From: Octopus sinensis
Taxonomy: Eukaryota
Direction: 5' to 3'
DNA length: 45,507 bases
Assembly: GCF_006345805.1 (NCBI RefSeq)
Contig: NW_021835057.1
Coordinates: 1-45,507 of the forward strand
Shown here: piece by piece, positions 1 through 11,529 of the stretch
How positions within the stretch are numbered: position 1 is the stretch's first letter
Layout of the letters: each line of letters opens with the position of its first letter
Made by a program: the position numbers and the translations under genes
The notes under the pieces: model-generated
The model's input: only the letters and a program-made list of their open reading frames with translations
Databases searched by the model: none
Told to the model about the DNA's origin: nothing

Positions 1-2374
1 GTGCCGTGAGGACCAAAGACTTGAGGTGTTTCGTGTTGCAAGACAGTGTGTGAGAGAGAATCGTGATGTGGTAGGAGAGAAATGTGTTCGCATGGATGAT
101 GGTTCACTTGCACTGAATGAGGATGCAAAGAGAGAGGTTTGGAGATGCCACTATGAAAGGTTGCTCAACAAAGAGAATGAATGGGATAAAGAGAGTCTGC
201 CGAATATCGACCCAATAGAGGGACCAGCTATCCGAGTTGACAGTTCCATTGTAGTTTAGGCAATTAGAAGCATGAAGACAGGGAAAGCCCCAGGCCCATC
301 AGGAATTACTGCTGAGATGCTCAAAATATCTGGCAGTGTCGGCTATGGCCTAGTCACCAATATAGTTAACCAGGTGATACACGAAGGAGTCATACCCAAT
401 GACTGGTGTAGTAGCATAATAGTCAACTGCTACAAAGGTAAGGGTGACACTCTAGATACAAGTAATTACAGAGGTATCAAGCTGTTGGATCAGGTAATGA
501 AGGTTATGGAAAGCGTCATAGCCCAACTGATAAGAGAGAGAGTCAACCTAGATGAGATGCAGTTTGGTTTCGTGCCAGGGAAAAGCACCACTGATGCCAT
601 ATTTCTGGTGAGACAGCTGCAGGAGAAATACCTAGCGAAAGATAAAACTCTGTACCTGGCTTTCGTTGACTTGGAGAAAGCCTTTGACAGGGTCCCCCGT
701 TCCCTTATCTGGTGGTCAATGAGGAAACTAGGTATAGATGAATGGTTAGTGAGAGCTGTGCGTGCCATGTACAGGGACGCTGTTAGTAAGGTGAGGGTTG
801 GCAACGAGTACAGCAAAGAATTTCGGGTGGAGGTTGGGGTCCACCAAGGCTCAGTCCTCAGCCCCCTCCTGTTTATCATAGTCCTCCAGGCAATAACGGA
901 GGAATTCAAGACAGGATGCCCCTGGGAGCTCCTCTATGCTGATGACCTTGCTCTAATTGCTGAATCACTATCGGAACTCGAGGAGAAGTTTCAGGTGTGG
1001 AAGCAAGGATTAGAATCAAAGGGCCTTAGAGTCAATCTAGCTAAAACCAAAGTCCTAATAAGTAGGAAGGTAGACAAATTTCAAACGTCATCAGGTAGAT
1101 GGCCCTGCTCAATCTGTAGAAAAGGCGTAGGTAGGAACTCTATAAGATGCACCAAGTGTAAGCTATGGACACATAAGAGGTGCAGCAATGTCAAAGGAAG
1201 GCTAACTAGGAAAATAGTTTTTGTATGTGGCAGATGCTCTGGTGCAATAAACACTGAAAATGCGCAGAGACCATCTTCCGTCACATTCCAGGGAGAAAAA
1301 CTTGAAATAGTTGATAGTTTCCGTTACCTAGGTGACCAAGTCAGTAGCAGGGGTGGATGTGCCGAAAGTATAACAGCTAGAGTAAGAATAGCCTGGGCAA
1401 AGTTCAGAGAGCTCTTACCTCTGCTGGTGACAAAAGGCCTCTCGCTCAGAGTAAAAGGCAGACTGTATGACGCATGTGTGCGAACAGCCATGCTACATGG
1501 CAGTGAAACATGGGCCGTGACTGCTGAGGATTTGCATAAGCTTGCAAGAAATAAAGTCAGTATGCTCCGTTGGATGTGTAATGTCAGTGTTCATACTAGA
1601 CAGAGTGTAAGTGCCTTGAGAGAAAAGTTGGACCTAAGAAGCATCAGATGTGGTGTGCAAGAGAGGCGTCTACGCTGGTATGGACACGTAGTAAGAATGG
1701 ATGAAGATAGTTGTGTGAAAAAGTGCCACACCCTGGCGGTTGAGGGAACCTGTGGAAGAGGCAGACCCAGGAAAACCTGGGACGAGGTGGTGAAGAATGA
1801 CCTTCACTCTTTAGGTCTAACCGAGGAAATGACCAAAGACCGAGACCTTTGGAAGTATGCTGTGCGTGAGAAGACCCGGCTGGACAAGTGAGGCCATAAG
1901 CCATGACCCCTACCTGGAACGTAGTCAGTGCACCTATGCATACCTTCCTTCTTGGGACACATAACTCTACTTGTGAAGACCTGTTGAGGCAAGTGAAAAT
2001 GGACAAAATCAAAAGCAAACTCGATGAACATTAATGGAATTTGTAGTTTTGTGGTACCAGTGCCGGTGGCACATACGAAAACCATCCGAACGTGGCCGTA
2101 GCCAGTACCGCATTGACTGGCCTCCATGCCGGTGGCACGTAAAAAACACCATCCGAGCGTGGCCGTTCGCCAGCCTCGTCTGGCACCTGTGTCGGTGGCA
2201 CATAAAATCACCCACTACACTCTCGGAGTGGTTGGCGTTAGGAAGGGCATCCAGCTGTAGAAACACTGCCAGATCTGACTGACCTGGTGCAGCCTTCGGG
2301 CTTCCCAGACCCCAGTTGAACCGTCCAACCCATGCTAGCATGGAAAGTGGATGTTAAACGATGATGATGATGAT
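1..2374 (+). mobile_element. RTE-clade LINE, PHD-in-RT family, copy 1 (5' end outside the window)
   Basis: ORFs 26-259 and 272-1891 are in the same frame, separated by one TAG. RT motifs NYRGIKLL, QFGF, FVDLEKAFD, GVHQGSVLSP, YADD and YLG are present, with the RTE-type C-terminus GRGRPRKTW. The 3'UTR ends in (GAT)n at 2360-2374. Confidence 0.95.
26..1891 (+). pseudogene. RTE ORF (reverse transcriptase with embedded PHD finger), one premature stop at 257-259
   Basis: Translations in the ORF track; 539 aa uninterrupted from 272; YADD intact. Confidence 0.9.
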
Positions 2375-2385
2375 ATATATATATA

Positions 2386-3380
2386 TCATTTTGAAGGCCA
2401 GATTTTCCTAGTTAACTAAACAATTTGAAACTTCGTATACTGGTAGAATGTGTCAAAAGAAAACATTATTGTAAACAAAATTGAAAACAAAATTGTAATT
2501 TGTAACTTAAACGTAGTTTAATTTTAAGAATTTTAACCAATGAAATCCCAATATCTTCGAATTTTAACCAATGAAATCCCAGCATTGCTGCGTTATCGAT
2601 ATTGATAAAGAAATATAGCAGACGCACGACACACACACACACACTCTCTCTCTCAAACACATGCATATACATTTGCACAAGCACATAGTAATTAATATAT
2701 AAGCGTACACACACATACAAACGGACATATACATACACACACATACGCACACAAGCATACATTCCACGTTCGTGTTTTGCCCCTTGCCGCAACAAATTTG
2801 CACAAAAGGTAAATAAACCAGAAGGGGGAGGTTATGTTTCATCGTTTCGGTGTCGATAAATTAAGTACCAATTACGCACTGGTGTCGAGGATTTTTCCCC
2901 AATTTATATCACAGCTTCCGACAAGCTGGGGGCATCATTTTATGAAAAAATATTTCGCAAATTTTTACAATACGACTCACACTCCACGCGCAAACTCGAG
3001 ACCGATTTAGGCATATTATTGTTTTGTTTTTGTTGTTTCTGGTCATTCAAAACCATGGGAGAAGCCTTTTTGGTAAAAAAAAATAAAGAAAATATTCAAA
3101 AAATATCGTTAATATTTTTATTGGGCGACGAAATTAATCAATTTAAGAGATATAGCTGTTATTTCTAGCACATGTAGAAGACAGAAGAAGAGGTAAATAA
3201 TTTGAGCTCGAATGCTGCGATTTCATTGGTTAAAATTCTTAAAATTAAACTACGTTTAAGTTACGAATTACAATTTTGTTTTCAATTTTGTTTACAATAA
3301 TGTTTTCTTTTGACACATTCTACCAGTATACGAAGTTTCAAATTGTTTAGTTAACTAGGAAAATCTGGCCCTCAAAATGA
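2386..3380. mobile_element. Non-autonomous DNA element/MITE-like with long terminal inverted repeats (~170-200 bp)
   Basis: 2386-~2585 (TCATTTTGAAGGCCAGATTTTCCTAGTTAACTAAACAATTTGAAACTTCGTATAC...) is the reverse complement of ~3210-3380 (...GTATACGAAGTTTCAAATTGTTTAGTTAACTAGGAAAATCTGGCCCTCAAAATGA). No coding capacity. Superfamily not assigned. Confidence 0.75.
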
Positions 3381-3395
3381 AAACATCCTATATGG

Positions 3396-3449
<54 letters not shown>

Positions 3450-3785
3450 GAGCAACTGAAATGTGTATATTCATGAATGTAATCTTAATATACAGCAAAC
3501 AAATGTGTGTGTATATACATATATTAATAGGTGAAGGTATAATGTATACATATTTTCGACCCAGCAAGACCATCTTGAGTTTTAGTTTATACATCCCACA
3601 ATGTATAGCTTCTTCTCATGTCTACCAAATACTGCTTTTAGCAGAATATACACACATATTAGAGAGATCGTCACAGATTATATAACTATATAATGAAGGA
3701 AAATCGTTTTGTGAAGAGAGAGAATGTTGACAATATAGACAAACTGATCGAAGGCAGATTTCTCATCAATCCCAAAAACAAAAAC

Positions 3786-4287
3786 GGATCTTTCCTTTTG
3801 AACGGCACATGTCAACACAATTTCTAGTTAACTAAACACTTTTAAACTTCGTATACTGGTAGAATGTGTTTATAAAACATCATTTTTTCTTGGCTTTATT
3901 GAGAAAATTCTATATGTTGTAAGATATTTCCACTTTAATTTCAAGCATTTGGCAATTTTAACCAATCGCTGGAGTCTATTTGGAGTGAAAACATTCCGTG
4001 CTGTATGAATATGTCCCTCGTTTAAGAAACAGATTAGGTTTATTTACATTTGTGAAGTAAAAAAGATACCCTTCACCCACCCCTAACCCTAAGCCTAATT
4101 CACCCTAACTCTAACCCTAAATCTAAAATAGATTGAAATGCAATAGATCGATACTAGGGTTATAATTATGGGTGACAATTTCATACGACACCGCTACGGA
4201 AAATGGGATTTTTTTCGAGCAGTGTCAAATGAAAATGTCACCCATAATTATAACCCTAGTATCGATCTATTGCATTTCAATCTATTT
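3786..4287 (+). mobile_element. Non-coding dispersed repeat (related to the 2386 element) with degenerate (CCCTAA)n and a terminal 59-bp hairpin
   Basis: 3786-4082 is nearly identical to 10224-10522 and shares CTAGTTAACTAAACA...TATACTGGTAGAATGTGT with the 2386 TIR. CCCTAA-like units lie at 4080-4120. Inverted arms are 4126-4184 and 4229-4287. Confidence 0.65.
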
Positions 4288-4689
4288 ACATATTATTTAC
4301 TGCCATAACAAGCTATAGGATCTTTCTTCTTGTTTTAGATCTCAAATAACATTTTCTTTGGAGAAAAATTGATCGATTTCTCCAAAATCAATATCAAGAG
4401 AGGACACTGAATCACACAGCGTCAATCTTAAGAACTGTTGGATCTCAAAGAATATCTCCAAAACAAAAAGAATCTGTTATGGCAAGAAATGATGAAAAAG
4501 ATTTTTGTGATTCAATGAAGAGGATTCATGGAGAAAATGAGAAAAAGATGTTATTTGGTTACTACTATCATGTTGTTATCGTGTCACACTGCCACTATTA
4601 TGGTATCTTTGGATATTCAATTTGTCTGGAATTGCAAGAAATTTTGAAACAAAAGCAGATCTGTAGATTTTAGTTAATTCAAGCCTTAC

Positions 4690-4844
4690 TTCACCACTGC
4701 ATAATGCAATGCTGTCCACTTCTTGTCTTTGTCACCGATGTTGAGATCAGCGCCAGATTTTGTCAATAAGGTTATTAACTCTTTATTGCCTTGTTCACAG
4801 GCAGCCATGAGTAAGGTAAGGCCATCTGAATTTTTCCTGTTGAC
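4690..4844 (-). CDS. Ankyrin-repeat protein, internal coding exon (VNRKNSDGLTLLMAACEQGNKELITLLTKSGADLNIGDKDKKWTALHYAVV)
   Basis: Ankyrin consensus (G-x-T-x-L-M-x-A...G...LL..GAD.N..D...TALHYA). Polypyrimidine acceptor TCTTTCTTCTCTTCAG (AG at 4846-4845) and donor GTAAGG from 4689. 155 nt, phase 0 in, phase 2 out. Confidence 0.88.
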
Positions 4845-4976
4845 CTGAAGAGAAGAAAGAGAAGACATGTGAAATATATTAAAGAAGAGAGAGAGAGAAA
4901 AGGGATGGAGAGAGAGGGAGAGAGAGTAAAGAAGATGCAGGAGTGAAAAAAAGGAATACGAAAGAGAAATAAAGAT

Positions 4977-5085
4977 AAACACACACACACAAATGCATGC
5001 ACACACACACACATACTCACACATGCACACACACACCCACCCACACACACACACATACTCACACATGCACACACACACACACATC
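4977..5085. repeat. (CA)n microsatellite
   Basis: Direct reading; source of the spurious HTHT/CVCV ORFs. Confidence 0.95.
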
Positions 5086-5170
5086 ATGTTGCAGGGGTTT
5101 TCTCAGCCAGAGTTTGCCCTTATTTAGAGTTACACTCCTCCTAGACGAGTCAGGAGACCTTGTAGACACA

Positions 5171-5320
5171 GGCGTGGCTGTGTGGTAAGGAGTTTGCTTT
5201 CCAACCACATGGTTCTTGGTTCAATCTCACTGTGTGGCACTTGAGTGTCTTCTTTTATAGCCCTGGGATGACCAGAGCTTTGTGAGTGAGCCTGACAGAA
5301 AATGAAAGAGACCCATCATA
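5171..5320 (+). mobile_element. Degenerate tRNA-derived SINE
   Basis: Head GGCGTGGCTGTGTGGTAAG (A-box-like) and GGTTCAATCTC (B-box-like, 5218-5228). Confidence 0.55.
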
Positions 5321-5342
5321 CATATGTATGTGTGTGTGTATG

Positions 5343-5373
<31 letters not shown>

Positions 5374-5689
5374 CACACATATATATAAGCGTGCACACAC
5401 ACAAGTATGTGAGTGTCTAATTATATATGTGTAAATATGTATTTGTGTATATATGTGTGTGTGTGTGTGATATATATATATACATGTATCCTCATTCTAT
5501 ATGAATCAAGATTGGAGCCTGGTGCAGCCATCTGGTTCGCCAATCCTTAATCACATCGTCTATACTGATCTGTATGTATGTATAGGTTACATCTCCAATC
5601 TGGTATGCTCATTTTGTCCAGAATACCGAATTACTGGAAGCTGTCCACAGATGTACAACCACACAAATAGCCTCTCTCAATCACTTATT

Positions 5690-6330
5690 ATTCCTTAAAA
5701 GTATTGCTTTTCCATGCATCAACACACAAAAGTTTTTATTTCTAGCAACTCACTTGATAGAATCCCACAAGATTATCCCTCATCTTTCAATAACAACTTT
5801 GACCACTTCTGCAATTTAATATCTTTACCACTCTGAGACATGCTTATAAAGTAAAAAAAAACACCCATCCCAGTTTCCATGATATCAGAAACAATATTTT
5901 TATGCTCAGAATTGTCAAGGCATGGAATAAACTATCTACATTGGTTGTTAGCTGTATCCTTCAAAAACACCACACTTTCTGTAATTCAGAAACACTACAT
6001 CTGAGGTTCCTATGCACCCTTTCCTTTTTGTGGTTCTTTTACTGCTCCCTTTTATGTCTTTATGAGTTTTATTCTGTGTTATACTATGACATGCACTTTA
6101 GGCGACCATTGGTGTCTTTCTTGACATGATTTGTGCTTCCTGTCCTTTCATAGAAGTGGACAGAGCAATATCGAGGGAAACCAGTACAAATACCGTTTCA
6201 TGGCAGATGGAAGAGTCTTTCTTATGAAACATGAAATGTCTGTCTTTAGTTACAACCTCACTTTTGTCTGAGTGAAGGCCAAAAAAAATCAGTTGAGACA
6301 ATCTTCCAGTTTATTACTGGTATCTGTGAT
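5690..6330. mobile_element. Highly decayed CR1/L2-type LINE remnants
   Basis: Plus strand: MLRIVKAWNKL resembles the RT C-terminal F..RIV..WN.LP motif. Minus strand: FVLVSLDIALS resembles RT motif LDIS.AFD. Confidence 0.35.
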
Positions 6331-7849
6331 ATCAATTATGAATTGAAGAGAACACTGACAAGATTTCAAACTTGGTACCTTATAGGAGACACACAGGTAA
6401 ATAAGAGAAACCATCTACACTAACCAACAGCAGAGATTAGACCATAGGATGGTGTATAAAGTAATTGGACAGGTGAAGAGCTATAAAGGGTCAAAACCCT
6501 CGGAAATTATTGTGTAGATTCTAAATATGTCAGACAGGGTTTTAGTTTTATATTCCCTGGAAAAGCTCATGAAATTCTACACTGTGTTATCACTGATGCC
6601 TGGCATAGTAGCACTTTCATTTAATGCTATAATGATGAAAGAGGTTTAAGAAATGGTGAGAGAAGAACAGGATGTTTGAAATGAAGCATGGATCTTCAGA
6701 TGTCATATGTCTGGCGAAACAGCAACATGAGATCTACTTGGAAAAGAATGAAAGCAAATCTACAAGAAAGGTGTAGAGCACAGGTAAATCAAGGTGAAAA
6801 AGGCTTAGAAAGACTGTTTAGTTCATGCATAAGCTCAAGGAAAAGATTGAAAATCCTTTTACATTAATCACTGAATCTATTACAAAGTAATTATTTGTGA
6901 TTAGATATCTGCGACAACTTTGGAACGACACCAACCACAGCTAAATATGTGCAACTATGGAAAAGGAGGAGACAGAAATGAAAAGAAACAATGGAGAAAA
7001 TAAGAAATATTCTGAAAGTAGGGATCAGAATTTTGAGCCTAAATGAGGCAGCAGCAGTGTCAGGGCTTACATTAGTTTGTAGCCATACAATATGTAAGAA
7101 GGTGTGAGTGGTTCATACACAACTGTATTACACCTGTACAAAAAAACACTATTGACTTCACCTTGAGGAAAACACCTACCCTCTAAAACTGGCAGACATT
7201 CACTCACCATTGAAATACATGTATGATGGTCATCAAGAAATTAAAGGATGTTTTTTGCATTTCACCATTTGTCAGCTGTCTTCCCTCCCAAATTAAAAGC
7301 CACATTTTCTGGTCTCTTACCTAGAGTATCTCTATAGATTTTACAGAATCATTCCACCCACCACCCCCTAACCATGATGGTTCTATACCAGTGCTTCTTA
7401 AACTTTTCAATTATGGCCCTTTTTTATTTACTAAGAGTTTTTCAATGCCCCTTTTCTTGCTATGATTCAATATCTCTGATTTTAATGTTCTTACGGGTCA
7501 GATTAATTTACTTTTGGGTCCTAGTCTTGACATGGGTGACTACTTACCACAGCACCACCCCACAATAAGTGAACATTTGATGCATCACCACTTCACTTTA
7601 GTTTCTGATCCAAACTCAACTACACATTGAGTTTTATATATTTGTACGACCATAGCCACCTTGGCTCCCTGGTCCTTAAAAAATTTTCCACAAACCCTAC
7701 CCAAGGGTAGCACTACTCTCTTAGAGAAGCCCTGTTTTATAATTCTTGCTGATAGTGTCCTATCTGCTGACTACCAGCCAGTCATTCTAACTTCCAATAT
7801 TTCAATTATGAAGTAAAAAGTCATAAACAACCATCATCTTTGTCCCTTT

Positions 7850-8190
7850 GGGTATCTTTCTCTATTCAATGAGCCCCAGTACAGTTCCATAAAGCCGGTT
7901 CAAGCAGGGGTCTGATTCCTACGTGACTCCCCAGTGTTTTGGTTATGTTTGACAACTTCTGCAAAAGAAATACTGTAGCCCTTGACGTCGGTAAAACCTT
8001 TAACTGTGTATGGCAAGAGAATTTCTTGACAAAGTCATCATTTATCTATTGGGTCCATCTGTCCCCCATCTCTTGGACTGAATATTTCCTGCCAGAATAC
8101 TCCATTGCAGTGTGTGAGGATGGGTTTCTCTCTCACTCACATTCCATCAATTCTGGCATGCCTCATTGTCTGGTTGAATATTTATAAACA
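7850..8190 (+). mobile_element. Decayed LINE RT remnant (CR1/L2/Jockey-like)
   Basis: ORF 7939-8187 contains ALDVGKTFNCVW (cf. ALDISKAFDRVW) and INSGMPH (cf. SGVPQG). Confidence 0.6.
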
Positions 8191-8339
8191 GTGACAATGA
8201 TGAGGATTAGAGGAAAGAGGTAAAGAAAGAAATGAAATATTATGGACAAATATATCTGGTTATTTAGGAACATTTAATATTGTGTATAAAATAATAAACA
8301 AACATTCAACATTGAAGAAGCAATATAAAGTAAACTTAC

Positions 8340-8425
8340 AGTTTCAGGATTTTTTTTTATAAATCGTTTCACATCTTTAAAGTCCCCATTCCGAATCTTG
8401 CTTATAATCTTATCTACATCCATGT
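8340..8425 (-). CDS. Ankyrin-repeat protein, upstream coding exon (MDVDKIISKIRNGDFKDVKRFIKKNPET), probable start exon
   Basis: Acceptor CCTTTTTATTCAAAAG (AG at 8427-8426), ATG at 8423-8421, donor GTAAGT from 8339. It ends in phase 0 and joins the 4844 exon to give ...IRNGDFKDVKRFIKKNPET|VNRKNSDGLTLLMAAC, a continuous ankyrin repeat. Too short for the ORF track. Confidence 0.8.
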
Positions 8426-8665
8426 CTTTTGAATAAAAAGGAAAGTAAGATAGTTTTTAAAAACTTATAAAATGAGGTAAAGAGCAATTTAAAGAAGACT
8501 GTGTTTCTCAAATCTCCCATGAAATGACATAAATATTAAAAACTTCAGCTTATCTCAACAATTATTTATAGCTGAATGTTCTTCTTGACACTAATAAACC
8601 TAACAACAGTCATTGTGTTGCATCTTTTGGTTTGCTACATTGCTCTGCTTATCACAGTCTCATTG

Positions 8666-8811
8666 GTCACACACACACATACAAGCACACACACACACAC
8701 ACACACACATGACACACACACACACACATGCACACACACACACAAGCACACACACACACACACACACACACAAGCACACACACACAAGCACACACACACA
8801 CACACACATAC

Positions 8812-8845
<34 letters not shown>

Positions 8846-8925
8846 CACACACACGCATACACACAAGCACACACACACACACAAGCACACACACACACAC
8901 ACAGCACACACACACACACACACAC
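8666..8925. repeat. Compound (CA)n microsatellite
   Basis: Direct reading. Confidence 0.95.
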
Positions 8926-9226
8926 AAGCGTGTGTGTGTTTACATTTGTTGTCTCTGGCAATTTCTTAGCTTTCGGTGATTAGATTGTTATCATTTCTCC
9001 CGTTGACGAATAGACCATTGGAATAAGAGATCCCCTACTTGAGCAACAGGTAAGGATTAAGGACATGAAGGGGATCCAGAAATAAAAAAAGGCATCAAAT
9101 ACATATTCATCTAACCCATGCTAGCATGGAAAACAGATGTAAAAATGACTACCATACATGCATATGCAAACATATGTACATCTATGTATATGTATACGTG
9201 TGTTTGTGTGCGCATGTGTGTGTAAA

Positions 9227-9486
9227 GGCATGTGGCCTAGTGGTTAGGGTGTTGCGCTCACAGTGGCTAGATTGTGGGTTCAATTCCCATACTGAGCAGT
9301 ACCTTGTATTCTGGAGCAAAACACCTCATTTCACTTTGCTGCAGTCCACTCAGCTGTAAATGGATCACCCTCCAAGAGACTTGTGTTGTGATGAGGGGGA
9401 ACACTCACTGGCCTGCTTGAAAGATGAAATGATGCAAAGCACATTGTGACCAGGGATGTGTAACAGCATTTGATAGTCTGGTTAAC
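9227..9486 (+). mobile_element. tRNA-derived SINE with CORE-like central domain
   Basis: A box TGGCCTAGTGG at 9233-9243 and B box GGTTCAATTCC at 9277-9287. The centre GAGCAAAACACCTCATTTCAC...CAGCTGTAAATGG resembles a CORE domain. The 3' tail is shared with the 15141 SINE. Confidence 0.75.
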
Positions 9487-9489
9487 ACA

Positions 9490-10190
9490 CACGTCTATAT
9501 ACGCGCATACCCGCACGTCTATATACGCACACACACATGCGCGCACAATAAACGGTTCATACACACGTCTATATACACACATGTACAAGAAAAAACACGG
9601 CTAAAGGCAAAATACAGGAAAATGTGTAAAAAAATATGTAAAAAGACAATGAGTAAAACACGTCCTATATACGCACATGCTCGCATGTACGCACACACGT
9701 CTATATACGCCTGTATCCGCACACATGCACACATCCACACGCGCGCACAAAAGATTCCATATACACGTCTATATACGCACAGGGAAAATGCAGGGTGGAA
9801 GGTAGAATAGAGAAAAAATATGTGTAAAAAATATATGAGCAATAAACCTATAAAACAATATCTCTATAAATATGTAAAAAATATATAGATATATATATAT
9901 AAAAAATATAAAGAAATATAAGTAAAAAGTATAGAGAGATAAAAAGTTTGTACGTGGACACACGTGCATGCGAGTATGTGTGTATATAGACGTGTTTTAG
10001 TCTTTGTCTTTTTTACACATTTTTTGCCCATTTTCCTCTATTTTGCCTTTAGCTGTTTTTTTTCTTGTACATGTGTGTATGAACCTTTTTGTGTGTGTGT
10101 GTGAGAGTGCGTATATAGACATGCGGGTATGCATGTATAGAGACGTGTGTGTGTACGTGTATACGGGTATGCGTGTATATAGACGTGTTT
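9490..10190. repeat. Degenerate foldback built from ACGTCTATATACGCA-type units
   Basis: ~9490-9710 is approximately the reverse complement of ~9960-10190 (e.g. CATGTACAAGAAAAAA...GCTAAAGGCAAAATA vs TATTTTGCCTTTAGC...TTTTTCTTGTACATG). Confidence 0.6.
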
Positions 10191-10223
10191 TACTTTTATT
10201 ACTTATTTTTTTATATGTATTTT

Positions 10224-10522
10224 GGATCTTTTCCTTTTGAACAGCACATGTCAACACAATTTCTAGTTAACTAAACACTTTTAAACTCCATATACTGGTA
10301 GAATGTGTTTATAAAACATCATTTTTTCTTGGCTTTATTGAGAAAATTCTATATGTTGTAAGATATTTCCACTTTAAAATCGAGCATTTCGGCAATTTTA
10401 ACCAATCGCTGGAGTCTATTTGGGGTGAAAACATTCCGTGCTGTATGAATATGTCCCTTGTTTAAGAAACAGATTGGGTTTATTTACATTTGCGAAGAAA
10501 AAAAGATACCCTTCCCCACCCC
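10224..10522 (+). mobile_element. Second copy of the 3786-4082 dispersed repeat
   Basis: Near-identical direct repeat with only scattered substitutions. Confidence 0.8.
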
Positions 10523-10716
10523 TTTTTACACATGCCACTGGCACAGGTGCCAGTAAGGCGACTTTGGTAACGATCACGCTCGAATGGTGCCCTTTTACAT
10601 ATATATATATGTATACGACAAGAAATAATTTTTGTCTCCTTTCTATGGAAACAAAGGGTTTATAGGACTGCAAAAAAGGAAGTGCTCAAATGTAACTGAG
10701 ACAGAGATAAAGAAAC

Positions 10717-11497
10717 ATTGATCATAAAATAAACATCAAATTCGAGTCAATGACTTTATATATAACACCGTATCTCCAAACATTTCATCATATATAAATA
10801 TTACCATGGCTCTTAAACATACAGAGTATACATATATAAAAAAAAACATATAAAGTAGACATAAAAATCATCAAAGGTAAAAAATATATATGTGAATAAA
10901 AATGCAGGTGTATAGAACGGCCTATCAAGAAGGTATATACAATCGACTAAGAATTCTAAAGCATGTCATGCTACTAAAAATCCAAATAAAATATCGACTA
11001 AAAAGAAAAATTTTCTTACTCCCCTCAAATGAAAGAGTACGTGAAAAAAGTTTGTTTCATAAAACCCATGGTAGGTTAGAGTCCAGGAGCAAGAAGAGTT
11101 CCACAAAATCAAGTGAAACACACCTATGGCCATTTCAGGAGTTCATTGCCGCAGTTCGATTACGAGTTAAAGCGCATCTTGGCAATGACCCCCACATCAT
11201 GATGAACAGGAATCTCAACAAATTCTTTGTTTAGTCGATTGATATTTTATTTTAGTTTAATTGGATTTTTAGCAGCAAGACACGCTTTAGAATTTTTAGC
11301 CAATTGTATATACCTTCTTGATAGGCTGTTCTATATATCTGTGTTTTTATTCGTGTATATATTTTTTACCTTCTGTGTATTTTATATATGTATACTTTTT
11401 ATGTTTAAGAGCCATGGTAATATTTATATATGATGAAATGTTACGGTGTTATATATAAAGTCGCTGACTCGAATTTGATGTTTGTTCTATGATCAAT
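10717..11497. mobile_element. Foldback element (~280-bp inverted arms), possibly Penelope-derived
   Basis: 10717-11002 is the reverse complement of 11230-11497 with moderate divergence. The 230-bp spacer is GC-richer and coding-like. Confidence 0.6.
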
Positions 11498-11529
11498 ATT
11501 TATATATATATAATGTATATACATATATA

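Noticed and set aside
490-909. Antisense ORFs over LINE RT regions (also 37559-37945, 43039-43353, 32767-33144)
   Set aside because: Shadow frames produced by LINE codon bias.
4080-4120. Chromosome telomere
   Set aside because: Only about six degenerate CCCTAA units, interstitial and embedded in a dispersed repeat.
4350-4673. Plus-strand open frame of about 108 codons next to the ankyrin exon
   Set aside because: No recognisable domain, antisense to the gene, and no supporting splice partners.
4626-4689. 64-nt mini-intron giving a terminal exon (K)QIEYPKIP*
   Set aside because: It would truncate the ankyrin repeat mid-helix; other nearby acceptors also give immediate stops.
8576-8983. Many ORFs rich in HT, CV, IY or YI dipeptides (also near 5.0, 15.0, 23.0, 25.7, 29.7, 34.4 and 39.0 kb)
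   Set aside because: They are translations of (CA)n, (TA)n and (TATC)n microsatellites, not genes.
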